From an uncultured Thermoanaerobaculia bacterium (GTDB taxonomy: Bacteria; Acidobacteriota; Thermoanaerobaculia; Thermoanaerobaculales; Sulfomarinibacteraceae), in contig CAYTTB010000007.1 in the NCBI GenBank assembly GCA_964440565.1, positions 3,966 to 63,992 of the forward strand: a stretch of 60,027 nt of DNA, given 5' to 3'. Positions 8,322 to 15,829 of the stretch are shown piece after piece. A program made the translations under genes and the position numbers. The notes beneath the pieces were generated by a model. It was not told the DNA's origin. It did no database searches and saw only the letters and a list, made by a program, of their open reading frames with translations. Positions within the stretch are counted from its first letter, which is position 1; every line of letters starts with the position of its first letter.

Positions 8322-8582
8322 ATGGGACGGCAGCGTCGCCTGTTCGACGGGCTGGAATCGGTGACCAGGAATCCGGGCCCCGTCGAGTGGCTCATCGAGG
8401 GGCGGAGTGTGAAGATGTTCCGCACCGAGGCCGTCCGCGCCGGCTTCGAGGCCGCCTACGACGCCGGGGACTGCCAGACCATCGTCGTCGTCGCCCGGAA
8501 GCTGCCGGAGAAGGTCCTCCAGGAGGACGAGAAGCGGCTCATGTACGACGACGTCGCGATGATGAGGATGGGGGAGGGCTGA
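8322..8582 (+). pseudogene. C-terminal remnant of a BREX-3 PglXI-like DNA methyltransferase
   Basis: FRTEAVRAGFEAAY...TIVVVARKLPEKVLQEDEKRLMYD resembles the C-terminus of methylases that precede BrxHII-type helicases (recalled, not searched). Confidence 0.6.
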
Positions 8583-8584
8583 CG

Positions 8585-9790
8585 ATGCCGCACATCCAGG
8601 AGCTCACGATCAAGAACTACCGAGTACTGCGAAACGTCACCTTCAAGGACTTGCAACCGTTCAACGTGCTGCTGGGTCCGAACGGCTGCGGAAAGTCCAC
8701 CGTGTTCGACGTTCTCGGGTTCCTCGGCGAGTGCCTGACCGTGGGCGTTCGGAAGGCCCTGGAAACCCGCGGGAGGCTCGCCGAGCTGCGCTCGCGCGGC
8801 AGCCAGGAGTCCGTCGTGATCGAGTTGAAGTACCGCGAATCGGACTTCGGTGCCCCGCAGTGGCAGCGTACGCCCCTCATCACGTATCACCTCGAGATCG
8901 GCGAGGTGTACGGTCGCGCGTCGATTCGGCGCGAGTTCCTTAAGTGGAGGCGCGGCCGTTACGGTAAGCCATTCAAGTTTCTGGACCTCACCGACGGGAC
9001 GGGCTACGTTGTCACCGGCGAACAGCCGGAGGATCGCGACGAGAGACGTGCTGTCACGCTCGAGGACGTCACCGTCCCCGCCATCGCGACGCTCGGGCAG
9101 CTCGCCGAGAACCCGCGGGTGGCGAGCCTGCGTCGTTTCATCGAGAGCTGGCACCTGTCGTATTTCATCCCGGACCGGGCCCGCGGCATCCCGGAGGCCG
9201 GAGCACACGAGCACCTCTCGCGCACCGGTGAGAACCTGGCCAACGTGGTGCAGTACCTCCACGAGCAGCACCCGGACGTGTTGGATCGGATCCTCTCGCG
9301 CATGTCGGAGCGGATTCCAGGGCTCGAGACGATCCGCGCGGAGCGGACGATCGACGGCCGGCTCGTGCTCCGCTTCAAGGACGGTCCCTTCGAGGACCCC
9401 TTCCTGTCGCGCTTCGTGTCCGACGGCACGCTGAAGATGTTCGCCTACCTCGTGCTTCTCATGGACCCCGATCCCCCCGCCCTGCTCTGCATCGAGGAGC
9501 CGGAGAACGGCCTGCACCCCAAGCTGTTGCACGTGCTGGCCGAGGAGCTTCGGGCCCACGCCAAGGGAGCGTTCTCCACCAAGGGAAGTCAGGTGCTCGT
9601 CTCCAGCCACGCGCCGTACTTCGTCGACGCGCTTCGACCCGAGGAACTCTGGATCATGCAACGGGGAGAAGATGGCTTCGCCACAGTCGAGCGTGCCGAC
9701 CGCATCAAAGGGGTGCCTGAGTTCGTCCAGGAGGGCGCCGTATTGGGGCGATTGTGGATGGAGGACCTTCTTCGGGGAGGGAATCCCTGA
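8585..9790 (+). CDS. ABC-type AAA ATPase (AAA_21/AAA_15-like)
   Basis: Walker A GPNGCGKS, signature SDGTLKM, Walker B IEEPENGLHP, H-loop SSHAPY. Confidence 0.92.
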   Translation: MPHIQELTIKNYRVLRNVTFKDLQPFNVLLGPNGCGKSTVFDVLGFLGECLTVGVRKALETRGRLAELRSRGSQESVVIELKYRESDFGAPQWQRTPLITYHLEIGEVYGRASIRREFLKWRRGRYGKPFKFLDLTDGTGYVVTGEQPEDRDERRAVTLEDVTVPAIATLGQLAENPRVASLRRFIESWHLSYFIPDRARGIPEAGAHEHLSRTGENLANVVQYLHEQHPDVLDRILSRMSERIPGLETIRAERTIDGRLVLRFKDGPFEDPFLSRFVSDGTLKMFAYLVLLMDPDPPALLCIEEPENGLHPKLLHVLAEELRAHAKGAFSTKGSQVLVSSHAPYFVDALRPEELWIMQRGEDGFATVERADRIKGVPEFVQEGAVLGRLWMEDLLRGGNP

Positions 9791-10380
9791 TGCACGTCGA
9801 GGTCTTCGTCGAGGAGCCGTCGGCGAAGGAAGCCCTGGACCGCCTGTTGCCCAAGATGGTGGGCGCGCGACACAGCTTCCAGGTCCACGCCTTTCGCGAC
9901 AAGCAGGAGCTATTGGAGGAGATACCCAAGCGGCTGATGGCCTATTCGAGGTGGATGCCCGCGGACTGGCGCATCGTGGTGCTGGTCGACGAAGATCGGG
10001 AGGATTGCAAGGCGTTAAAGGGTCGGCTGGTCGAAGCTGCCGAGGACGCGGGCCTGTCGGGCCGGGTCCTGTGCCGGATCGTCGTCGAAGAGCTGGAAGC
10101 CTGGTTCTTCGGGGACGTGGAGGCCCTGCGCGCCGCATACCCGAGGATTCCCAAGACACTCCATCGCAAACGACCGTACCGAAACCCGGACGCGATCGAG
10201 GGCGGCACGTGGGAGGCCCTCGACCGCCTGCTCCGTCGCCACGGCTACCGGGCGGGCCTCGTCAAGACCGAGGCGGCCCGTCGGATCGCCCAACACATGG
10301 ATCCCGAGCGCAACCGCTCGCACAGCTTCCAAGTGTTCCGGTGCGGCTTGGCGCGTTTGCTCCTCCGGGAAGCGCGGTGA
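9790..10380 (+). CDS. DUF4276 family (TOPRIM-like) protein
   Basis: Motifs VFVEEPS, VVLVDEDREDC, IVVEELEAWFFGD and NRSHSFQVF. TGATG coupling to the ATPase. Confidence 0.85.
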   Translation: MHVEVFVEEPSAKEALDRLLPKMVGARHSFQVHAFRDKQELLEEIPKRLMAYSRWMPADWRIVVLVDEDREDCKALKGRLVEAAEDAGLSGRVLCRIVVEELEAWFFGDVEALRAAYPRIPKTLHRKRPYRNPDAIEGGTWEALDRLLRRHGYRAGLVKTEAARRIAQHMDPERNRSHSFQVFRCGLARLLLREAR

Positions 10381-11470
10381 ACGAGGACCGGAGCGGCACC
10401 TGGGCCTTCAGCCTCGACCACGGCGAGCCATGCCGCGTCCTGGAGCGCGAGCGGCTCTGGGGGGAGGAGACCGTGCTCGTGTGGCTGCCGGGACGTCGGG
10501 CGGCCGTCCGGGTGCCTGCGCGACGGGTGGTGCCCCTCGAGGAGGCGGACTGCTGGACACTGGCCCGCATCGCGTTCACGGCCGCGGCCGCACGCATCGC
10601 GGACGCGCTCGAGCGCGACGTCCTGGTCGCGCCATTGGAGTGCCCCGTCATCCCCTTGCCGCACCAGATCCTGGCGCTCGAGCGGGCCATCTCGGGGGAC
10701 CGGGTCCGCTATCTGCTCGCCGACGAGGTCGGCCTCGGCAAGACCATCGAGGCCGGGCTCATCCTGCGCGAGCTGAAGATGCGGGGGCTGGTGCGGCGCG
10801 TGCTGGTGGTGGCGCCGGCCGGGCTCTGCCAGCAGTGGGTGGCGGAGATGCGCCGGCACTTCGACGAGGTCTTCCAGCTCGTCCTGCCCAAGGACCTGGA
10901 GATGCTGCGGCGCATCTCCGCCGTCGCGGGTCACGGGTCGGTTCGGCGCAGTGGCCCGTGCGTCCGACTCGCGACCCGAGCCCCGAGACCCGGGACCACC
11001 GCCGACCAACCCCTGGAAGGTGTTCGATCAGGTCGTGGTGCCTATGGACTCGGTCAAACCGATGGACCGGCGGCGGGGTTGATCGGCGGAGCAGGTCGCC
11101 CGCTACAACCGCGAGCGGTTCGAGGACCTGGTCACGGCCGGCTGGGACCTCATCATCGTGGACGAGGCGCACCGCCTCGCGGGGAGCACGGAGAACGTGG
11201 CGCGCTATCGCCTGGGCGAGGCGCTCACGCAGGCTGCCCCGTACCTGCTCTTGCTTTCGGCCACGCCCCACCAAGGCAAGACGGACGCCTTCCGCCGGCT
11301 CGTGAGTTTCCTCGACCCGGACGCCCTGCCGGACGACGAGTCGGTCCACCGCGAAAACGTGGCGCCCTACGTCATCCGCACCGAGAAGCGCCGGGCCATC
11401 GACGTGGATGGCAACCCGCTGTTCAAGCCCCGGCGCACCGAGCTCGTGCGGGTGCGATGGGGCGAGGCGG
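10377..11470 (+). pseudogene. SNF2/DEAH helicase (BrxHII-like), frameshifted, nonsense-interrupted and truncated
   Basis: Motifs PLPHQI, YLLADEVGLGKTIEAG, DEAH and LLLSATPHQG. Frame change at ~10930-11007, TGA at 11080-11082, and the second RecA domain is missing. Confidence 0.85.
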
Positions 11471-11490
11471 CCGATGGCCGCCTCGCGTCC

Positions 11491-11518
11491 AAGGTCGAAA
11501 GTCCAAAGTCCAAAGTCG
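11491..11518 (+). repeat. Heptamer tandem repeat (AA[A/G]GTC[C/G])x4
   Basis: aaggtcg-aaagtcc-aaagtcc-aaagtcg at the helicase truncation point. Confidence 0.8.
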
Positions 11519-11645
11519 CAACGCACGAAGGCCCGGGCCGGGGTAGTTTTCGAAGGCCGGTCCAGTGCCTTCAATCACTTGCGTTCCGAACTGTCGAACT
11601 TGGCCGGCCACCGTGGCGCGGTGCTCCGGCACCGGCACGGGCGGG

Positions 11646-12335
11646 TCACTCGGGTGCCACGGCGCCCTCCTCCCGGAGCCCGGCGAGCACGGTGCGCTTG
11701 GTGGCCTCGTACTCCTTCGGGGTGACGAGGCCCTGCCGGAGCAGCTCCCACAGGTCCACGATCCGGCGGTCGGGAGGGATCTCCCCCGGGGCGGGCGGGG
11801 AGCCGGAGGCGAGCTCGGCGGTGACCGTCCTCCGCAGGACCGCGGCCTCCTCGGGGGAGAGGCCGCCGGCCTCGGCGACCTCCCGGATCGCGGCGAGCCG
11901 GTTCCGGATCCGATCGGCCGGCCTCGCGGGCGCCGCGGCCGCCGCGGTGCCGGGGGGCAGCGGGTCGAGCTCCACGTGGAGCGTCTCGGGGACCAGACGC
12001 CACTGGGCTCCGGTGAGGGCGTCCACGCCCCAGCCGATGAGGCCGCCGGCGATCAGGTTGCCCGCCACCGCTCCGGAGAGCACCCGGTGGATCACCCGCT
12101 GCTCCTCGCGGTAGCCGTCCTTGCGCAGGACCACGAGGTGGGAGCGCTTCCGCTTGAGGTTCGGGGACACGGGGGTCTTGCCGATCTTCTCGCCGTCCAC
12201 CCACACGTCGGCTCCCGAGGGATCGGACGAGATCGAGACCACCTGCCCCGAGCCGTGCACGATGGAGGCACAGCCGGAGCCCACGAGCGCGAGCGCGGCA
12301 GCCGCGGCCAGGACCGTGATCCGTACTGCGTGCAT
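11646..12335 (-). CDS. Lipoprotein with a PEGA domain and tandem SHOCT-like C-terminal motifs
   Basis: Lipobox GSGC. PEGA motif ISSDPSGADVWVDG..IGKTP...KDGY. SHOCT-like GGLSPEEA and QGLVTPKEYEATKRTVL. Confidence 0.85.
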   Translation of the reverse strand: MHAVRITVLAAAAALALVGSGCASIVHGSGQVVSISSDPSGADVWVDGEKIGKTPVSPNLKRKRSHLVVLRKDGYREEQRVIHRVLSGAVAGNLIAGGLIGWGVDALTGAQWRLVPETLHVELDPLPPGTAAAAAPARPADRIRNRLAAIREVAEAGGLSPEEAAVLRRTVTAELASGSPPAPGEIPPDRRIVDLWELLRQGLVTPKEYEATKRTVLAGLREEGAVAPE

Positions 12336-12412
12336 CGAGACCTCCTCTCTGGTTTTCCGGCGGACGGGCCGCCCGCCGGGGTGAGCGTTCGCGGGACATC
12401 CTGGCCCCGGCC

Positions 12413-12431
12413 GGGGACAGGTACGGGCCGC
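12413..12431 (+). promoter_or_regulatory. 19-bp site, copy 4 (GGGGAC-AGGTACG-GGCCGC)
   Basis: Lies between the divergent PEGA and HNH genes. The minus strand reads TGTCCC-N10-CAGGAT. It abuts TATGCT (12434-12439) upstream of the HNH gene. Confidence 0.7.
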
Positions 12432-12458
12432 GGTATGCTCGTGGGGAGGACCGGACCG

Positions 12459-13397
12459 ATGGACCCGGCAGCGGCAGCGCGGGACGCCAGGGTGCGGCTC
12501 GCCGCCTTCGAGTGGCTCGAGCGGCAGGTGGGAGAGCACGGTGACGTGCTGGACTGGGCGGTGCTGGCCCTGGGGTTCACGTACCGCGGCCAGCGGGTGC
12601 CGCTGGTCTCGCAGCAGGGGATCTTCAAGCCGAGGGTGCTCCCGGAGATGCCGCTCTCGATCCGGACCTCGCCGGACGGACCGTACGACGACCACTTCGG
12701 CCCGGACGGCCTGCTGCGGTACGCCTACCGCGGCACGGATCCGGCGCACCCGGACAACGTCGCGCTGCGGAGGGCGATGCGGGCGCGGGTGCCGCTGGTG
12801 TACTTCCACGGGGTGGTGCGGGGAAGGTACCTCGCGGTGTGGCCGGTGTTCGTGGTGGGCGACGATCCGGGGTCGCTCACCTTCGTCGTGGCGGCGGACG
12901 ATCCCGTGGCGCTGGGCGGGCTGCGGCGGGTGGTCAGCGGCGAGGGGCAGCCGGTGGCGGGCTCTCCGGAGGAGCTCGGGCGCCGGCGGTACGTGACGGC
13001 GACCGTCCGCCGGCGGCTGCACCAGCGCGGCTTCCGGGAGCGGGTGCTCGCGGCGTACCGCGGGCGGTGCGCGCTGTGCCGGCTCGGGCACCGGGAGCTG
13101 CTCGAGGCGGCGCACATCGTGCCGGAGGGCGAGCCGGGCGGCGAGCCGGTGGTGCCCAACGGGCTCGCGCTGTGCGCGCTCCACCACGCCGCGCTGGACC
13201 GGTACCTCATCGGCGTGCGCCCCGACCACGTGGTGGAGGTCCATCCCGCGGTTCTCGAGGAGACCGACGGCCCGATGCTGCGCCACGGGCTGCAGGCGCT
13301 CCACGGCTCCCGCCTGCGGGCGCCGCGCTCGCCCCGGACCCGGCCCGATCCCCATCGCCTGGCGTGGCGGTACGAGCGGTTCCTCGAGGCGGTGTAG
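12459..13397 (+). CDS. HNH endonuclease with an SRA-like N-terminal domain (putative type IV restriction enzyme)
   Basis: HNH part: RLHQRGFRERVLAAYRGRCALC...LEAAHI...NGLALCALHH. N-terminal PYDD...YAYRGTD...DNVALRRAM...PLVYF. Confidence 0.85.
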   Translation: MDPAAAARDARVRLAAFEWLERQVGEHGDVLDWAVLALGFTYRGQRVPLVSQQGIFKPRVLPEMPLSIRTSPDGPYDDHFGPDGLLRYAYRGTDPAHPDNVALRRAMRARVPLVYFHGVVRGRYLAVWPVFVVGDDPGSLTFVVAADDPVALGGLRRVVSGEGQPVAGSPEELGRRRYVTATVRRRLHQRGFRERVLAAYRGRCALCRLGHRELLEAAHIVPEGEPGGEPVVPNGLALCALHHAALDRYLIGVRPDHVVEVHPAVLEETDGPMLRHGLQALHGSRLRAPRSPRTRPDPHRLAWRYERFLEAV

Positions 13398-13421
13398 CGT
13401 CGAGGCGGCGCGGGGGCCGGT

Positions 13422-14408
13422 TCACCCCGCGGGCGGGCGGTAGCGGGCGGCCCCGCGGGCGAGCTCCGAGGCGACCTCGGCGCGCAGCGCCTCCGGGGCG
13501 AGGACCTCGCAGAGGGAGCCCCAGCCCAGCACCCACGGCAGGAGCTCGCGCCACGAGGTGACGGTGAGCTCGAGGCGGGCGGAGCCGTCCGGGAGCTCCT
13601 CGAGCCGCTGGGAGGGGTGCCAGCGGGTCTCGCGGACGCGCGGCGCCGCCTCGGGGACGAACCGGAGGACCACGGTCTCGGGCTCCTCGTCCGCGATCCA
13701 CACCCCCCAGGCGCGGTCGAGGCGGGCGAGGAGGTCGCGAAGCGGCGGCGCCTCGAACTGGTCGGCCGTGAGCGCGGCACGGCGGACCCGTTCGATCTTG
13801 AGCACGCGCAGCGCCCCGGGCGGGTGGGCCTCGCCGATGGCGTACACGGCGGAGCCCACGGCGGAGGGCTCGAGCAGGTAGGGGCGGAACCGGTAGCGGC
13901 GGGTGGAGGGGCTCGTGCGCGGGGCGTACTCGAGCTCCACCTCGCGGCCGAGGATCCAGCCGCGGGCGAGGACGGAGAACGCCCGGGAGAACGGGCTGGG
14001 GCGGGCCGCGTCGCGCCGGGCGAGGTGCCGGAAGGCGGGGCCGAGCTCCTCGGGGACCACCTCGGCCAGCGCGGCGAGCGCCCCGTGCACGGCCGGGTTC
14101 GGCTCGTCGGCGGAGCGCTCGAGCAGGCGGCCGGCGAGGTAGAGCGCCGCGGCCTCCTCGAGCTGGAGCCGCACCGGGGGCACCTCCATCCGCGCCGCCT
14201 CGACCAGCCGCCACCGGTGTCCGTCGTGGCTCACCGGCAGCCGCCCGCTCTCGGAGAGCTCCGCGATGTAGCGGCGCACCGTGCGCGGCGCCACGCCGAG
14301 CCGGCCGGCGAGCTCCTCGGTGGTCCAGCGGCGGCGCGGGCTCGCCCAGAACAGCCGCTGCAGCTCCAGGAGCCGCGAGGCCTTGGTCAGGGCGTCGGCG
14401 AACACCAC
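13422..14408 (-). CDS. WYL-domain transcriptional regulator (wHTH-WYL-WCX)
   Basis: HTH ELAGRLGVAPRTVRRYI. WYL part PYLLEPS...YAIG...LKIERV. WCX part ETRWHPSQ...WVLGWGS.CEVLAP..LR. Confidence 0.92.
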   Translation of the reverse strand: MVFADALTKASRLLELQRLFWASPRRRWTTEELAGRLGVAPRTVRRYIAELSESGRLPVSHDGHRWRLVEAARMEVPPVRLQLEEAAALYLAGRLLERSADEPNPAVHGALAALAEVVPEELGPAFRHLARRDAARPSPFSRAFSVLARGWILGREVELEYAPRTSPSTRRYRFRPYLLEPSAVGSAVYAIGEAHPPGALRVLKIERVRRAALTADQFEAPPLRDLLARLDRAWGVWIADEEPETVVLRFVPEAAPRVRETRWHPSQRLEELPDGSARLELTVTSWRELLPWVLGWGSLCEVLAPEALRAEVASELARGAARYRPPAG

Positions 14409-14510
14409 GGGCGCCTCCCCCGCCAGTGTAGGCCATCGCCCCCGTCGCCCCGCCGGGCGCCGCCGGGTGCGCTGGCGGCGGCCGGCGTCCCCGCGCCGGG
14501 CCCGGCGCTT

Positions 14511-14528
14511 GACACCCCCGGGGGTGTC
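14511..14528. promoter_or_regulatory. Perfect 18-bp palindrome GACACCCCCGGGGGTGTC, candidate WYL operator
   Basis: Sits in the divergent region upstream of the WYL gene and overlaps TTGACA (14509-14514). Confidence 0.55.
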
Positions 14529-14565
14529 GGCCACCCTGGGGCGGGCCTCGGCCCGGGAGGTGGGC

Positions 14566-15585
14566 ATGCGCAAGACGGTCGTTCTCATCACTGGCGCCGC
14601 GGGCGAGATCGGGCACGGCCTCATCCACCGGCTGGCGGGCGAGGGCGTGCGGTCGCTGCTCACCCTCGACCTCAGGCCGCTGGACGGGGAGCTCGAGCCC
14701 CACGTGGAGCGCCATTACGTGGGCTCGATCCTGGACCGGGACCTGCTCCAGCGGATCCTGTCCGAGTACGAGGTGGACGAGGTGTACCACCTGGCGGCGG
14801 TCCTCTCGACGCGGGGGGAGTTCGCACCGGTGACGGCGCACCAGGTGAACGTGGAGGGGACGCTCAACCTCCTCGACTTCGCCCAGCAGCAGGCCGAGTC
14901 GCACGGGCGGACGGTCCGCTTCCTGTACCCGAGCTCCATCGCGGCCTACGGCCTGCCCGATCTCGAGACGAAGGCGCGCGCCGGACGGGTGCGCGAGGAC
15001 GAGTGGACCACCCCCATCACGATGTACGGCTGCAACAAGCTGTACTGCGAGCACCTCGGCCGGTACTACAGCCGCCACTACAAGCAGCTCGCGGCCCAGA
15101 GCCCGGCCGGGAAGGTGGACTTCCGTGCCATCCGGTTCCCGGGGCTCATCAGCGCGGTGACGGTGCCCTCCGGGGGGACCTCGGACTACGCTCCGGAGAT
15201 GATCCACGCCGCCGCACGCGGCGAGGCGTACGCCTGCTTCGTGCGCCCCGACACGCGGATCCCGTTCATGACCATGCCCGACGCGGTGGAGGCGCTGCTG
15301 CGCCTGGCGCGGGCGCCGCGCGACCGGCTCACCCGGACGGTGTACAACATCGGCGCCTTCGCGCCCTCGGCGGAGGAGATCCGGGAACTGGTCCTGGAGG
15401 CGTTCCCCGGCGCCGAGATCACCTTCGAGCCGGACCTGAAGCGGCAGGCGATCGTGGACTCCTGGCCCGAGGACGTGGACGACTCCGCGGCACGGCGCGA
15501 CTGGGGGCTGGACCCGGTCCACGACCTCGAGTCGGCGTTCCACGACTACCTGATCCCGAGGATCCGGGAGCGGTACCGGACCTGA
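14566..15585 (+). CDS. NAD-dependent epimerase/dehydratase, SDR-type L-threonine 3-dehydrogenase-like
   Basis: Motifs ITGAAGEIG, YHLAAVLS, PSSIAAYG, MYGCNK and GGTSDYA. Confidence 0.85.
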   Translation: MRKTVVLITGAAGEIGHGLIHRLAGEGVRSLLTLDLRPLDGELEPHVERHYVGSILDRDLLQRILSEYEVDEVYHLAAVLSTRGEFAPVTAHQVNVEGTLNLLDFAQQQAESHGRTVRFLYPSSIAAYGLPDLETKARAGRVREDEWTTPITMYGCNKLYCEHLGRYYSRHYKQLAAQSPAGKVDFRAIRFPGLISAVTVPSGGTSDYAPEMIHAAARGEAYACFVRPDTRIPFMTMPDAVEALLRLARAPRDRLTRTVYNIGAFAPSAEEIRELVLEAFPGAEITFEPDLKRQAIVDSWPEDVDDSAARRDWGLDPVHDLESAFHDYLIPRIRERYRT

Positions 15586-15708
15586 GGCACCGCCGCGAAT
15601 CGCTCGCGGGGCCGCCGCCGGCTGCGGGTTCACGGGACGGGGGTGGCATAACGCGACCGCAACCGGCCAGGTCGTTGCCCTGCAACCGGTTGGTCGTCCT
15701 GCCAAGTG

Positions 15709-15755
15709 ACACAACATGTGGTATTGACAGCCCGACGGGCCACTAGATATAGTGG
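15709..15755 (+). promoter_or_regulatory. Tandem NrdR boxes overlapping a sigma70 promoter
   Basis: ACACAACATGTGGTAT (15709-15724) and CCACTAGATATAGTGG (15740-15755), starts 31 bp apart. TTGACA at 15724-15729 and TATAGT at 15748-15753. Confidence 0.88.
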
Positions 15756-15829
15756 CTCGAGCCAGCTCAACTGCAGACGGCGGCACGTACCGGGCAGGGG
15801 CGTGCGCGTCGGCGGGAGGAGGACGGAGG

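Noticed and set aside
6108-11082. TGA recoding (Trp or Sec) suggested by in-frame TGAs at 6108 and 11080
   Set aside because: TGA is the normal stop for most genes here, the helicase has other lesions, and no convincing SECIS hairpin follows either codon.
1784-12431. CRISPR array or integron attC array
   Set aside because: The repeats are kilobases apart with no regular spacers, and no cas or integrase gene is present. They lack attC RYYYAAC/GTTRRRY ends.
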